Made by a program: the position numbers and the translations under genes | Source of the DNA: Clostridiaceae bacterium | GTDB taxonomy: Bacteria > Bacillota > Clostridia > Saccharofermentanales > DTU023 | Length of the DNA: 64,000 nucleotides | Assembly (NCBI GenBank): GCA_012839385.1 | Contig: DUNL01000107.1 | Location: 1,593 to 65,592 of the forward strand | Direction of reading: 5' to 3' | Shown here: positions 1 to 9,970 of the stretch, piece by piece | How the letters are laid out: each line of letters begins with the position of its first letter | Numbering within the stretch: position 1 is the first letter of the stretch | Notes under the pieces: model-generated | Seen by the model: the letters and a program-made list of their open reading frames with translations, nothing else | The model's database searches: none | What the model was told of the DNA's origin: nothing

Positions 1-1391
1 TTATAGAAACAAATGCCGGTTGGAAGCGCTGTTACTGTAGCGAACCCTTTGAGCACTACTACGCAACCTGATTTTCGGGCTAGAGCTAAAGCCGCTCCGG
101 CTCGATCTGACGACAGCCGTTCCGCCAATTCGGGAGCGAGGCGGACGAATTCTCCGGGGTGTGGTGTTAAGACAGCCGGGGGCAATCCGCTCTCTACTCT
201 TTTTTGGGTAAGCTCGCTCCAAGACTTTAGAGCGGAGAGATAATTCAAGGCATCAGCGTCCACTACAATTTGTGGCGCTTCATAAAGCAAAGAAGGTAGT
301 AACTGTAACCAAGAACTCTTCCCGGATCCGGGACCTATAGCTACAGCATCTATTTGCCGCAGAAGTTCTAGCGGGTCAGTATCCGGATTAATTTCCGCCG
401 ATAAAGCTGAAGGCAAAGATTTAGCTACCAACGGCAAGATATCAGGCGATGACCTCACGTATGTATAGCCACTGCCGGCTTCCATCATGGCTCTCGCCGC
501 CAAAATAACAGCTCCGGCCATACCGGAACTACCGCCCAGAATTAATCCTCTACCAAAAGAACCTTTATGGTCATCTTGCCGCCGCTCAATTTTCCGAATT
601 TGCAACCATTCATCCGTTATGGCGATATGCAAAACCCTGGAGCGCTCATAAACTTTTGTCAGTTTTTGCTCCTGCCAGTACTCGGGCATACTAATCGGCG
701 CTGTTATAACCTTGCCCGCCAACTTACAGCCGGGAGCAGAGTACAAGCCTACCTTAGGTCTCCCGAAACTAACCGTATAATCAGCTTGTATCGCTTCTGT
801 TATAGCGGCGCCTGTATCGCAATCCACGCCACTGGGTATATCTATAGCAATAACAGCTTGCGCCTTCGCCGCCATTTTATTAATCAATTTAAATGAGCTC
901 GCCAAATCCCGGGACAGTGGTCTGTTTTGAAAACCGGTGCCAAAGATAGCGTCAATGATAAAATCCGGAGCTACAGCTAGTTGACCGAGATCGGAATCGG
1001 AAGCGGAGATGATTTTACCCTGTAAACTCTCAAAAGCTAATTTATTGGCGGCCGCCTCGGGTGGCAAATCTCTACCTCCGGACAAATCAGCTACCATTAC
1101 ATCATGGCCATAAGGAAGTAATTGTCTGGCTGAGGCCCACGCGTCGCCGCCGTTTTGCCCGGCTCCTACCAAGAATAAGATTTGCTTAGGCGCGGATATC
1201 CTCTGACTGTCAAGCGGACATAAGTCAGGGGATATACCGGTCCTTAAATCAGCCGCCGCGTCACGCGACATAATCAAATCCAAAACAAAATAAGTGATCG
1301 CCTGAGCGGCCTGTTCCATCAAGACGGAAAGTAAAAGGCCTGTACTTTCAGTCCAGGCCTTATCCAGCGCGCGTTGTTCATTTCTAGTCAT
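1..1391 (-). CDS. nnr: Bifunctional NAD(P)H-hydrate repair enzyme (YjeF_N epimerase + ADP-dependent dehydratase); 3' end cut by window edge
   Basis: Hand translation of the minus strand gives an open frame from ATG 1391-1389 to base 3 with no stop. A GGTGGTG SD-like motif lies about 8 nt upstream and in-frame TAA/TGA stops lie just upstream. It is absent from the ORF track only because no stop lies in the window. Motifs: LVGAGQNGGDAW and DAIFGTGF (epimerase half); HKGSFGRGLILGGSSGMAGAVILAARA, VVDADAL and LTPHPGEF (dehydratase half). Confidence 0.85.
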   Translation of the reverse strand, partial: MTRNEQRALDKAWTESTGLLLSVLMEQAAQAITYFVLDLIMSRDAAADLRTGISPDLCPLDSQRISAPKQILFLVGAGQNGGDAWASARQLLPYGHDVMVADLSGGRDLPPEAAANKLAFESLQGKIISASDSDLGQLAVAPDFIIDAIFGTGFQNRPLSRDLASSFKLINKMAAKAQAVIAIDIPSGVDCDTGAAITEAIQADYTVSFGRPKVGLYSAPGCKLAGKVITAPISMPEYWQEQKLTKVYERSRVLHIAITDEWLQIRKIERRQDDHKGSFGRGLILGGSSGMAGAVILAARAMMEAGSGYTYVRSSPDILPLVAKSLPSALSAEINPDTDPLELLRQIDAVAIGPGSGKSSWLQLLPSLLYEAPQIVVDADALNYLSALKSWSELTQKRVESGLPPAVLTPHPGEFVRLAPELAERLSSDRAGAALALARKSGCVVVLKGFATVTALPTGICFY

Positions 1392-1484
1392 CAGCAAAAC
1401 ACCACCCTGTGTTGGGTCAGTTGCCGGACTAGAAAATTGGCTGTCTTTTTCTAAATTCGCTATTCCGTTCAAGGAAATACCTCA

Positions 1485-1802
1485 TTAAATATGTTTGTCC
1501 AGAGCACGGACCAGATCCTCAAAGGGTCTGGCGCCTACCAGTTTATCGATAATCTCACCGTCTTTAAAGAGGTAAAGAGTAGGTATGTTCATGACATGAT
1601 AGCGCTCAGCCAACTCATGCTCCTCATCGACATTAACTTTTCCCACTTCCAGTCTACCTTGGTAGTATTCCGCCAATTTCTCTACACTGGGACTGACCAG
1701 ACGGCAAGGTCCACACCAAGTGGCCCAGAAATCAACTAAAAACGGCTTATCACAATTCAGAACTTCCTCGGTAAAATTTCTTTTAGTAATCACTTTGCTC
1801 AT
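1485..1802 (-). CDS. trxA: Thioredoxin
   Basis: 105 aa with the canonical WCGPC active site and thioredoxin-fold length. Confidence 0.95.
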   Translation of the reverse strand: MSKVITKRNFTEEVLNCDKPFLVDFWATWCGPCRLVSPSVEKLAEYYQGRLEVGKVNVDEEHELAERYHVMNIPTLYLFKDGEIIDKLVGARPFEDLVRALDKHI

Positions 1803-1969
1803 TATTATCTTTCCTTTCGTACTTCAGAACGAGATGATCTTAGTTAGTTTTCTCTTTAACCCCTGTTTTCTAAAGCAGGGCGCAAAATAATAATGGGCTT
1901 TATCCGGTATTTAGTAAGTAACCTCAGTTACTTTCCATTGTGGAGCTAACAATCGTCTAGAGACATAGC

Positions 1970-2968
1970 TTAAATAAACTCTTGTAAAATTGAGGTTTCC
2001 GGAACAACTGACGGACTTACCGAAGGCAAGTTAGCGCTTGCCTCTGTTAGTTGCATGGCCTTTTTAACAGCGCGGGGCAGATCTGACCATCCCACAGGAT
2101 TAATGGTATTCCGTGAGGGCTGCAAAGTGCCTTTAAGCAAGCCGTCCAGGGAAACATGAATCTGGTCACGCGCTAAAGTCGCTGTCACCATAAATTCATA
2201 CGGCAACAAAGTATTAATATAGAAATCGGCCGCCGCCAAATAACCGGGAATAAAGTCTTGTTCCGCTCGCTCAATCATAGGCCAATAATCTATCGTAGCC
2301 AAAGCTGATGACCCGCGCTGACGCACATCTCTACTGATCCTGCGCAACATTCGTATATCCGTTCCCGAGAGCATTCTGGCATCCGAATGCACTCGGCCAT
2401 GAGGCATTATAAACAAACCCAAGGACTCCTCCGCCGGCAAGAAATTGATAATCTCCGGCGAGAGGCCATGCAGGCCTTCGATCACCAACACATCTCCTAC
2501 CTCCGGTCGAATAATCTTTTCCGGCTCATAAATTCTAGTTCTGGTCTGGAAGACAAAAGTAGGGAAAGACACTTCTCTGCCTTCATAAAAACGGAGAATA
2601 TCGTCTAACATAAGCCCAATATCTAAAGTCTCTATACTCTCTAAATCAGGTCTGCCGTCACTGTCGTAGCTGATCTCCTCCGTTTTGTAATAATCGTCCA
2701 TAGACAAGAGATAGGTCTTACGCCCGGCAGCACTAAGACGGCTGGTAAAATGGTTGGAAAAAGTTGTCTTGCCGGAAGAGGTGGGGCCGGAAATAAAGAA
2801 TATTTTAATTTGCTTATTCTCGATAACCTTTTCCGCGACAGCTTTAACTTGCTCGAGGAAATTCTGTTCTGATTCTTCAATGAATTGCGACAAACGATTG
2901 CTGCCCAAATTGTTTTCCAGGTCTTCAACTGATAACTCTATTAGTTTACTTAATTCCGCCATGTGCAA
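1970..2968 (-). CDS. Uridine kinase / phosphoribulokinase-family P-loop nucleoside kinase
   Basis: 332 aa with Walker A GPTSSGKTT after a roughly 55-aa N-terminal segment, and a VIEGLHGL segment typical of Udk/PRK-family kinases. Substrate not assignable. Confidence 0.65.
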   Translation of the reverse strand: MHMAELSKLIELSVEDLENNLGSNRLSQFIEESEQNFLEQVKAVAEKVIENKQIKIFFISGPTSSGKTTFSNHFTSRLSAAGRKTYLLSMDDYYKTEEISYDSDGRPDLESIETLDIGLMLDDILRFYEGREVSFPTFVFQTRTRIYEPEKIIRPEVGDVLVIEGLHGLSPEIINFLPAEESLGLFIMPHGRVHSDARMLSGTDIRMLRRISRDVRQRGSSALATIDYWPMIERAEQDFIPGYLAAADFYINTLLPYEFMVTATLARDQIHVSLDGLLKGTLQPSRNTINPVGWSDLPRAVKKAMQLTEASANLPSVSPSVVPETSILQEFI

Positions 2969-3199
2969 AATCCCTTATTCATTAACGAAGGCGGTAAGAA
3001 TTATTACCGCTCATAAATTCTTCTTTTCTTTTATCCGTCTACCGGATTATTTTTACTTTCGGCTAATATAAATATAATTAGTCTAAAAACGAAGTAAAGT
3101 TATAATAGCATATGATTACAGCTAAGAAATGGAACTCAGAAAAATATGTAGATTTATCTACTCAGTGCTGCGATTCAGCACAACGCTCAAGGGGATTGT

Positions 3200-4558
3200 A
3201 TGAAACTTGATTATCGTAAAACTTTTCTAATCGGCTTTGGTTTCCTGGCCAGTTCATTAGCTTGGAGCCTTTACAATGCTTATGTCCCAACTATGTTGGA
3301 AGAAAGATTTGCTCTTTCCACCACTTTAATCGGCACCATAATGACCATAGACAATTTTTTCGGCATTATTTTTCAACCAATAGTCGGGGTACTCAGCGAT
3401 CGCACCCATACCAGATTTGGCCACAGGATGCCTTGGATTATGGTAGGACTTCCCATCTGCGCTACTCTATTCGCTATCATACCCCAGATGTATACTCTGA
3501 CCTCTATGATGATTATCTTGATTGGCTTTAATTTCGTGATGTCACTTTGGCGCTCACCGGTAATCGCCTTAATGCCCGATGTCACCCCACGCCCTCTGCG
3601 TAGTAAAGCCAACGGCGTTATTAATCTCATGGGCGGTATCGGCAGTATCATAGCCTTCTTCTTTGGCGGTAAACTAAGTCAATGGGATCCCAGCAACAAA
3701 GCCGCTTTCCTCATGGGTACGGTGACCATGTTAATCTCTTTGATAATGCTGATGCTCTTCGTCCGAGAACCCTCGGCCTTACCCCGCGGGGCTAAAAATG
3801 ATCCCGCTCTTTTGGCCGCTTGGCAGGATCAGCGCCGTAAGCGTATTGATGAGCAGCGCCGAAAAAGAGCGGCCTTAGCAGAGGATACAGCTCACTTATC
3901 GCGTTGGGCGCGTCTAAAACAAGAGCTATTCGCGTTGCCACCCCCGGAACTACGCTCTTTAATCTTTATGCTTTTGGCTATATTTTTCTGGTTCTGTGCT
4001 TACAACGCTATTGAAACATTTTATACATTATACGCGGTTAACGTCCTCGGGGTTTCTCAAGGTGAGGGCGCGCAAATGTTGACAGCTTTTTCTTTGACCT
4101 TTGTAGCCTTCGCTCTGCCGGCTGGTTTATTAGGTAGTAAGCTGGGACGAAAACGGACAATTTTGATAGGACTAACAGGTATCACTTTAGCTTTCGTCCC
4201 GGTACTCTTCATGGAAAACAGATTAATCGTAACGGCGCTATTAGCTGTAGGTGGTGTTTTCTGGGCTTGTATCAATATTAATTCACTGCCGATGGTTGTA
4301 GAATTGGCCACTAAAGATAAGGTTGGTAGCTTCACAGGATATTATTACTTTTTTTCGTTTTCCGCGGCCATCTTGGCCCCTATCATCTTTGGAGCGATCA
4401 GAGATTTGACTGACAACTATTCTCTGCTCTTTGTCTTCTCCTGCGCGGCTTTTATTCTGGCCTTAATCTCCATGCTCTTCGTTAAACATGGCGAAGCTCG
4501 TCCGGAAGCCGACGAGACATCTGAAACAACTGTTGTTAATAATGATGCTACGATATAA
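3200..4558 (+). CDS. MFS transporter (GPH/SLC45-like), about 12 TM with a basic central loop
   Basis: 452 aa, hydrophobic throughout, with an MFS-like D-R-x-x-x-R-F-G-H-R loop motif (LSDRTHTRFGHRMPW) after TM2. AAGGGGA SD lies before the ATG. Confidence 0.8.
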   Translation: MKLDYRKTFLIGFGFLASSLAWSLYNAYVPTMLEERFALSTTLIGTIMTIDNFFGIIFQPIVGVLSDRTHTRFGHRMPWIMVGLPICATLFAIIPQMYTLTSMMIILIGFNFVMSLWRSPVIALMPDVTPRPLRSKANGVINLMGGIGSIIAFFFGGKLSQWDPSNKAAFLMGTVTMLISLIMLMLFVREPSALPRGAKNDPALLAAWQDQRRKRIDEQRRKRAALAEDTAHLSRWARLKQELFALPPPELRSLIFMLLAIFFWFCAYNAIETFYTLYAVNVLGVSQGEGAQMLTAFSLTFVAFALPAGLLGSKLGRKRTILIGLTGITLAFVPVLFMENRLIVTALLAVGGVFWACININSLPMVVELATKDKVGSFTGYYYFFSFSAAILAPIIFGAIRDLTDNYSLLFVFSCAAFILALISMLFVKHGEARPEADETSETTVVNNDATI

Positions 4559-4584
4559 GTAAAAATAAATCCTCAACCAAAAAA

Positions 4585-4620
4585 CAAATCCGAGACACCA
4601 CTCTCGGATTTGTTATCTTG
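4585..4620 (+). terminator. Rho-independent terminator of the MFS gene
   Basis: Perfect 11-bp stem caaatccgaga / tctcggatttg (4585-4595 / 4602-4612) with a 6-nt loop, followed by TTATCTT, 27 nt after the stop codon. Confidence 0.75.
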
Positions 4621-4724
4621 GAGGAGAAAAGTATGAAAAAAAAGGAGATATTTACTTCTCTATTTGTACATATACAGAATAAACATGATAAATGACAAAT
4701 CTAAATCCTAATTGTAAACAAAAT

Positions 4725-4768
4725 AATAACAAATTCCAGTCATTGTAACCGAACTGAAATTTGTTATT
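4725..4768 (-). terminator. Long hairpin, probable terminator of the 4815-5570 gene
   Basis: 11-bp perfect arms aataacaaatt / aatttgttatt (4725-4735 / 4758-4768) extend inward by ccagt/actg pairing. On the minus strand the hairpin is followed by TTATTTTGTTT. Confidence 0.5.
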
Positions 4769-4814
4769 GTTCATTGTGTATTTTGCCGGGATTGAGGATA
4801 TCAGTCGCGGTTTA

Positions 4815-5570
4815 TTAATCAAGTTTAGTGATGGCCTTATCTAACACCAAATCTGACGGTTGTTCCGGCTCAGAGATATAGAATCCGCCGTTGGGAGTAG
4901 CTATGCGCATAGAGATTGAGTTGGCGCTGACACTGAAATCGGTCTCATCATAGTCCATGACATCCGCCCTTACTTTAGCGTAATCCAAAAACAAGTCGGC
5001 GGCTTGCTTTTCTGTTACTGACTCCTTCAAGACAAGCACGATGGAGTTGTTCTTCATATTCTCGATCGCTATTCCCGTATCGTTTATTAATTCATAATCC
5101 AGATTAGTTACAAACTTTTCTTTAATCTGGCTTCTTTCCTTATTTCTCTTTAGAGACATCAGGAAAGATATTCCTAGGAAAAGCACCAGAATCCCCGCGA
5201 TCAGTGAAGTAATAATGATTCTGGTTTTTAGAGGCATACCCAGATCCGGTACCTCCGGATCTTCTAAGATAAATTCTTCAACTATCTTGCCCTTTACTCT
5301 TCGTTGAGGCACAGGAGGCGCGAAAACCGCGTCACGAACCGGCTGCACGGCCAGTGAAGGGCCTGTGTGCTCAGGCTGTTCTTCGTTAGGGAATTCATGA
5401 TCCGCGGGCAACTGCATCGCCGCGAAAGCGTCTTCGTTAGCGAAGACCGCGCCACAGAAAAGGCACTGTCCTTTTTCCATTTTAGGATCTAATATTAGAA
5501 GCGAGCCACAATTAACACAACGTCCTTCTTTTAAAGCCATAGTAACCACCTTGTCTAGATCATTCGTCAT
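4815..5570 (-). CDS. Zinc-ribbon membrane protein of unknown function
   Basis: 251 aa. N-terminal CxxC...CxxC (CVNCGSLL...CLFCGAVF), one TM helix (IIITSLIAGILVLFLGISFLMSL), and a C-terminal roughly 100-aa soluble domain. Confidence 0.6.
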   Translation of the reverse strand: MTNDLDKVVTMALKEGRCVNCGSLLILDPKMEKGQCLFCGAVFANEDAFAAMQLPADHEFPNEEQPEHTGPSLAVQPVRDAVFAPPVPQRRVKGKIVEEFILEDPEVPDLGMPLKTRIIITSLIAGILVLFLGISFLMSLKRNKERSQIKEKFVTNLDYELINDTGIAIENMKNNSIVLVLKESVTEKQAADLFLDYAKVRADVMDYDETDFSVSANSISMRIATPNGGFYISEPEQPSDLVLDKAITKLD

Positions 5571-5617
5571 GATATTATAAGTGTTAACATCTAGGTTAGC
5601 AAGAAAAGGGACAGACC

Positions 5618-6097
5618 TTGAATTGTAACGACAATATCTACATGAAAAATGATTACCATGATATCTACTTTATGCGACACGCTTTAGAGCTGGCAAAAAA
5701 AGCGGCGGCTATTGGTGAAGTGCCGGTTGGCTGTATTATTGTCGCGAATAATAATATAATAGCAACGGAATTCAACCGCAGAGAAACTGATCGCGATCCT
5801 ACGTCACACGCGGAGCTACTAGCGTTACGATCCGCGGCCGGGAAAAGACCAAGCTGGAGATTAGACGGCTGTGATCTTTATGTTACACTTGAACCCTGCC
5901 TAATGTGCGCGGGGGCAATGATTCAAGCCAGGGTACGCCGTTTAATCTTTGGGGCGGCTGACCCCAAAGGAGGTATGGCCGGTACAGTAATGAACGCTTT
6001 TGAATTGCCCGCTAATCACAAAGTGCAGGTAACAGGATTTGTCTTAGCTGAAGAGTGCGGCAGACTACTAAAAGAGTTTTTTCTGGAACGGCGTTGA
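5618..6097 (+). CDS. tadA: tRNA-specific adenosine deaminase
   Basis: CDA-fold motifs HAE (TSHAELLAL) and PCLMCAGA. A TTG at 5618 has an AAGGGA SD 6 nt upstream; an alternative ATG lies at 5642. Confidence 0.9.
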   Translation: MNCNDNIYMKNDYHDIYFMRHALELAKKAAAIGEVPVGCIIVANNNIIATEFNRRETDRDPTSHAELLALRSAAGKRPSWRLDGCDLYVTLEPCLMCAGAMIQARVRRLIFGAADPKGGMAGTVMNAFELPANHKVQVTGFVLAEECGRLLKEFFLERR

Positions 6098-6111
6098 GCG
6101 CGGAGAACATT

Positions 6112-6816
6112 ATGACTAAAACTAAAAAAGAAGCAAAAAATAAACAGGGAAAACAGTTGATAGAAGTACCTCACAGAGGCTTTTGGGGCCATTTCCTGTT
6201 TGGAATAGGTATGTTTCTGACCAGAACACTGGGACGCTATCGAGTGGTAGGTACCGAGGATATACCCGAACCACCTTATGTCATATCTTCTAATCATGTA
6301 ACCTTAGTGGACGGTATGTGGATTTGCGCCGGCTTGCCCCAGAAACATCAGAAAGTATTCACCGCCATAGCCGGTTCAGATCTGATGACTGATTACGGTC
6401 TATTCGGTCAGATAATGATGTTAGTGGGTAGGGCCATACCGGTCAACCGCTTCGGCAATCCGGTACGAGGTCTAATTATGGCAAAAAAAGCCGTTGATCA
6501 GGGATATATTATGCTGGTACATCCGGAAGGAACTAGGAGTAGTGACGGCAAATTGGCCAAGTTACAGGATGGCGCTTCCTATATCAGTATCAAATCCAAT
6601 GTTCCCATGGTACCAACCTATGTGCATGGCGGCTATGAGGTTTTCTCGCGGCATATGTCAGTACCCAAGCCCTTCGACTGGAAAAAATTTAAACGCAAAA
6701 GCATTACGATCGAATTTGGCAAACCCTTGCTTCCTACAGATTACAATAATGTCAGCGAGATGACGGAAGCTCTGCGACAATGGTTGCTGACAAGGCAAGA
6801 AAAACCTCTAACCTAG
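6112..6816 (+). CDS. plsC: 1-acyl-sn-glycerol-3-phosphate acyltransferase family protein
   Basis: HX4D motif (SNHVTLVDG) and HPEGTRS motif. I moved the start to ATG 6112 (GGAGAA SD at 6102-6107), just after the tadA stop at 6097; the track ORF begins at 6055 inside tadA. Confidence 0.85.
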   Translation: MTKTKKEAKNKQGKQLIEVPHRGFWGHFLFGIGMFLTRTLGRYRVVGTEDIPEPPYVISSNHVTLVDGMWICAGLPQKHQKVFTAIAGSDLMTDYGLFGQIMMLVGRAIPVNRFGNPVRGLIMAKKAVDQGYIMLVHPEGTRSSDGKLAKLQDGASYISIKSNVPMVPTYVHGGYEVFSRHMSVPKPFDWKKFKRKSITIEFGKPLLPTDYNNVSEMTEALRQWLLTRQEKPLT

Positions 6817-6844
6817 GCTAATACCGCTCATAATTGACCAGCTT

Positions 6845-8113
6845 TTAAAGATAAGGTTGCAAAGGACCTGACATGCTATTAGGTATTTTGCCCTTAATAG
6901 CGATACCTTCCTCTAAATATTTTAGTTCCTCAATAATTCCGTTTTCTTGAACATGATTAATCAAACCCGCGTCTTTATAGGGAGCGATAATAGAAAAGTC
7001 TAAAGTTGTTTGGACAGCAAGCTCCGTCAGGACTTCCCTTATTTCCTCCAGACCTGTACCCCGCACTGCCGAGGCGGCGATTGTTTTTTGGTCTCCGGTC
7101 TCCTTTTGATGTAATAACAGCTTCCAATCCTCCGACAAGGCTCGGTCAACTTTATTGAGGATATGTAATCTAGGTTTTGAGGCCACTCCTAAATTGACCA
7201 ATTGCTGTTCTACTACGGCGATTTGCTCTCGATAATCGGGATCAGAGATATCCGTAATCTGCATAATATAGTCCGCCTCTACCACTTCTTCCAAAGTTGC
7301 CGCGAAAGCGTCGAGCAAGTAGCGCGGTAAATCCCGGATAAAGCCAACTGTATCTATCAGTACTAAAGATAAGCCCTGGTCAGTAACTAAGCGTCTGGCT
7401 GTAGGATCCAAAGTCATGAACAATCTATCTTCGGCCGCGATATGCGCGTCACAAAGAGCGTTCACAATAGTAGATTTGCCCGCGTTGGTATAGCCGACCA
7501 CAGCGACCGTGGCAATATCCCGAGAACTCCTATATTCTCTGGTGCGCGCTCTGCGGGTAGCGATAGCTTGTAGGGAACGCCGCAATAAAGAAATACGACG
7601 CATAATATGACGTCGATCCGTCTCTAATTGTGTCTCACCGGGGCCTCTGGTACCAATACCCCCTCCCAGCCGTGACAATTCCTCTCCTCTACCGGTCAAT
7701 CTGGTCAAACGATAGCGCAGTTGAGCGAGCTCAACTTGAATCTTACCCTCGTCCGTCTTAGCCCTGCGCGCGAAAATATCAAAGATGATCAGACTGCGGT
7801 CTACTATCTCCAGTGAACTGAGATCCTCAATCATCCGGACCTGAGTGGGCGAAAGTTCCGTATCAAAAACCAAGATTGAGGCTGACAAAACCTCTGCCAT
7901 TTTTGCCATTTCCATAAGTTTGCCCTTACCCAGCCAATAAGAGCGATCAGGCGCTTCACGTTTTTGAATTATGGTGCCAACAGTCTCGATATTACATTCC
8001 AGAGCCAGACTTTCTAATTCCGCGAGACGCCTTTCACTACTGAGATCCGCTAAAGCGTCTGTTTCAGTTTGAATAGTGGCCAAAATAGCTTTTTTAAACT
8101 TATTGCGATTCAC
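6845..8113 (-). CDS. hflX: GTPase HflX
   Basis: 422 aa. HflX N-terminal domain followed by a G domain with GYTNAGKST (G1), DTVGFI (G3) and NKVD (G4). Confidence 0.9.
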   Translation of the reverse strand: MNRNKFKKAILATIQTETDALADLSSERRLAELESLALECNIETVGTIIQKREAPDRSYWLGKGKLMEMAKMAEVLSASILVFDTELSPTQVRMIEDLSSLEIVDRSLIIFDIFARRAKTDEGKIQVELAQLRYRLTRLTGRGEELSRLGGGIGTRGPGETQLETDRRHIMRRISLLRRSLQAIATRRARTREYRSSRDIATVAVVGYTNAGKSTIVNALCDAHIAAEDRLFMTLDPTARRLVTDQGLSLVLIDTVGFIRDLPRYLLDAFAATLEEVVEADYIMQITDISDPDYREQIAVVEQQLVNLGVASKPRLHILNKVDRALSEDWKLLLHQKETGDQKTIAASAVRGTGLEEIREVLTELAVQTTLDFSIIAPYKDAGLINHVQENGIIEELKYLEEGIAIKGKIPNSMSGPLQPYL

Positions 8114-8225
8114 AAGATTGATAATTTTTCCCTTCCCTATAATCTTATGCTAAGATTATTCCTAAATTACATTCTAACTTATATAAATTAAGAACAATAG
8201 ATGTCTAGGCGCAAAGGATAAGAGA

Positions 8226-8606
8226 ATGGATATATATTCTTGTTTGTACTCATTAAACGGTCTGACTCAAAATGACAGTATATCTTCAGCTCAAATAGCC
8301 TGGATTGATAAACAATCGACTGAGTCACTCCTAAATCTCATTGGGAAAAACATAGGCTTTACAATCAAGCTAAGGCGTAAAAACATAGGCTTTCGGCAGA
8401 TTGATTTGGCCGCTCACGCGAATGTGTCAGCTTCATATATCTCGGATCTGGAAAACGGTAAAGTCTGGTCTAACATCAGCAAAACCATTGAAATTATGCT
8501 GATTTTAAAGCTGGTTCCGATCAGAGTCTTAGCCATCGCTGAGAGTCTGGCCAAACAAACTTTAGTAGCAAATGATTACCAAGGCAAAGAAACGCCTGTC
8601 ATGTAA
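8226..8606 (+). CDS. XRE-family helix-turn-helix protein
   Basis: 126 aa. The segment IKLRRKNIGFRQIDLAAHANVSASYISDLENGK matches the HTH_3/XRE pattern. The true start may be internal. Confidence 0.6.
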   Translation: MDIYSCLYSLNGLTQNDSISSAQIAWIDKQSTESLLNLIGKNIGFTIKLRRKNIGFRQIDLAAHANVSASYISDLENGKVWSNISKTIEIMLILKLVPIRVLAIAESLAKQTLVANDYQGKETPVM

Positions 8607-8663
8607 TTTGCGATAGTTATTTCCAGAATGTCTGTCATCCCGCAATCTGTTATTATGTAATTA

Positions 8664-9821
8664 ATGAATAAAACTAATGGAAAAATAACTTCTTTTAAAG
8701 ATCTTGATCTCTCGAAAGAGACTTTGGATGTGTTATCCCGAATGGGGATCTCGACGCCCAGCACGGTCCAGCGGGAGGCTATACCTCCTATGATGGCCTG
8801 GTACGATGTCATGGCCAAGGCTCCTACCGGCACAGGTAAAACGCTGGCTTTCGGTATTCCTATCATTGAACATATTGAAAAAGAAACCCAAGCGACACAG
8901 GCCTTGATTTTGTCTCCGACTAGAGAATTGGCCTTGCAAATAGGACAGGATCTATCTTATCTGGCCCGTACACGCCCATGGATTGAAGTGGTCGTTCTAT
9001 ACGGTGGTCAGCCTATTCGCAATCAAATGAAAGCCTTGAGACGGAAACCGCAAATAGTCGTCGCAACGCCCGGTCGTCTCATTGATCATCTTAAAAGACA
9101 CAATCTAAATCTTAATCAGGTAGAAATGGTAATCCTGGATGAGGCTGACCGTATGCTAGATATGGGTTTTGTAAGGGATGTGCGCTTTATTCTCGACAAG
9201 ATGCCGCGGGTATCCCAGATCGCTATGTTCTCAGCCACTTTTTCTCGTGATGTAATGGATATATCCTATCTCTACCAACGTGAACCGATAGAGATTGTCG
9301 TAGAAGAAAGTGGCAAAGACAAGCCCGATATATCTGAGTATGTACTGCAGGCAAATGGTGAGGAGAGAATAATCGCGATTAGAACAATTCTAAACAAAGC
9401 GGATATCCAAAGAGGGATCGTGTTCGTCAATATGAGACAGTCAGCCGATATGGTAGCTAAGAAATTGCGACAACGTAAGATCAACGCCGCCGCCATACAC
9501 GGGGATATCAGGCAACAGCAAAGAGAAAGAGTGCTAAGCAATTTTCGCCAGGGAAAGTTACGCGTTCTGGTTGCTACCGATGTGGCTTCCAGGGGACTTG
9601 ATATCAGTAATGTTGATATTATTTTCAATTATGATTTGCCCCTGGAGAACGAGAATTATATACACCGAATCGGCAGAACAGGACGAGCGGGAAAGAGCGG
9701 CATCGCAGTAACTTTCTTAGCGCCTAACGCTCTGGAGAGGCTCAAAGAGATTGAGCTGATAACCGGCACGAAAATGGAAGAAATCACTGATCTCAACAAA
9801 TTTGTTGCTGAGAATCGTTAA
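8664..9821 (+). CDS. DEAD-box ATP-dependent RNA helicase (short form, no C-terminal extension)
   Basis: Q motif, AKAPTGTGKT (motif I), DEAD (II), SAT (III), HRIGRTGRAG (VI). Confidence 0.92.
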   Translation: MNKTNGKITSFKDLDLSKETLDVLSRMGISTPSTVQREAIPPMMAWYDVMAKAPTGTGKTLAFGIPIIEHIEKETQATQALILSPTRELALQIGQDLSYLARTRPWIEVVVLYGGQPIRNQMKALRRKPQIVVATPGRLIDHLKRHNLNLNQVEMVILDEADRMLDMGFVRDVRFILDKMPRVSQIAMFSATFSRDVMDISYLYQREPIEIVVEESGKDKPDISEYVLQANGEERIIAIRTILNKADIQRGIVFVNMRQSADMVAKKLRQRKINAAAIHGDIRQQQRERVLSNFRQGKLRVLVATDVASRGLDISNVDIIFNYDLPLENENYIHRIGRTGRAGKSGIAVTFLAPNALERLKEIELITGTKMEEITDLNKFVAENR

Positions 9822-9970
9822 ATGGCCGGCAAGGCCTTAGATATTAGTTGGATTAGAGTATACTTAGGTTACAGCGCTATATTGTTGCCAATTAAATATA
9901 CGTTGTCGGCGCTACATTGTCGTACAGGTTAAAATCTAAAATTTTTGTAGATAATAAAGAGAGGTAAAAG

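Noticed and set aside
567-896. 109-aa plus-strand ORF in a region otherwise empty in the track
   Set aside because: It is overlapped completely by the minus-strand nnr frame, which has strong family motifs.
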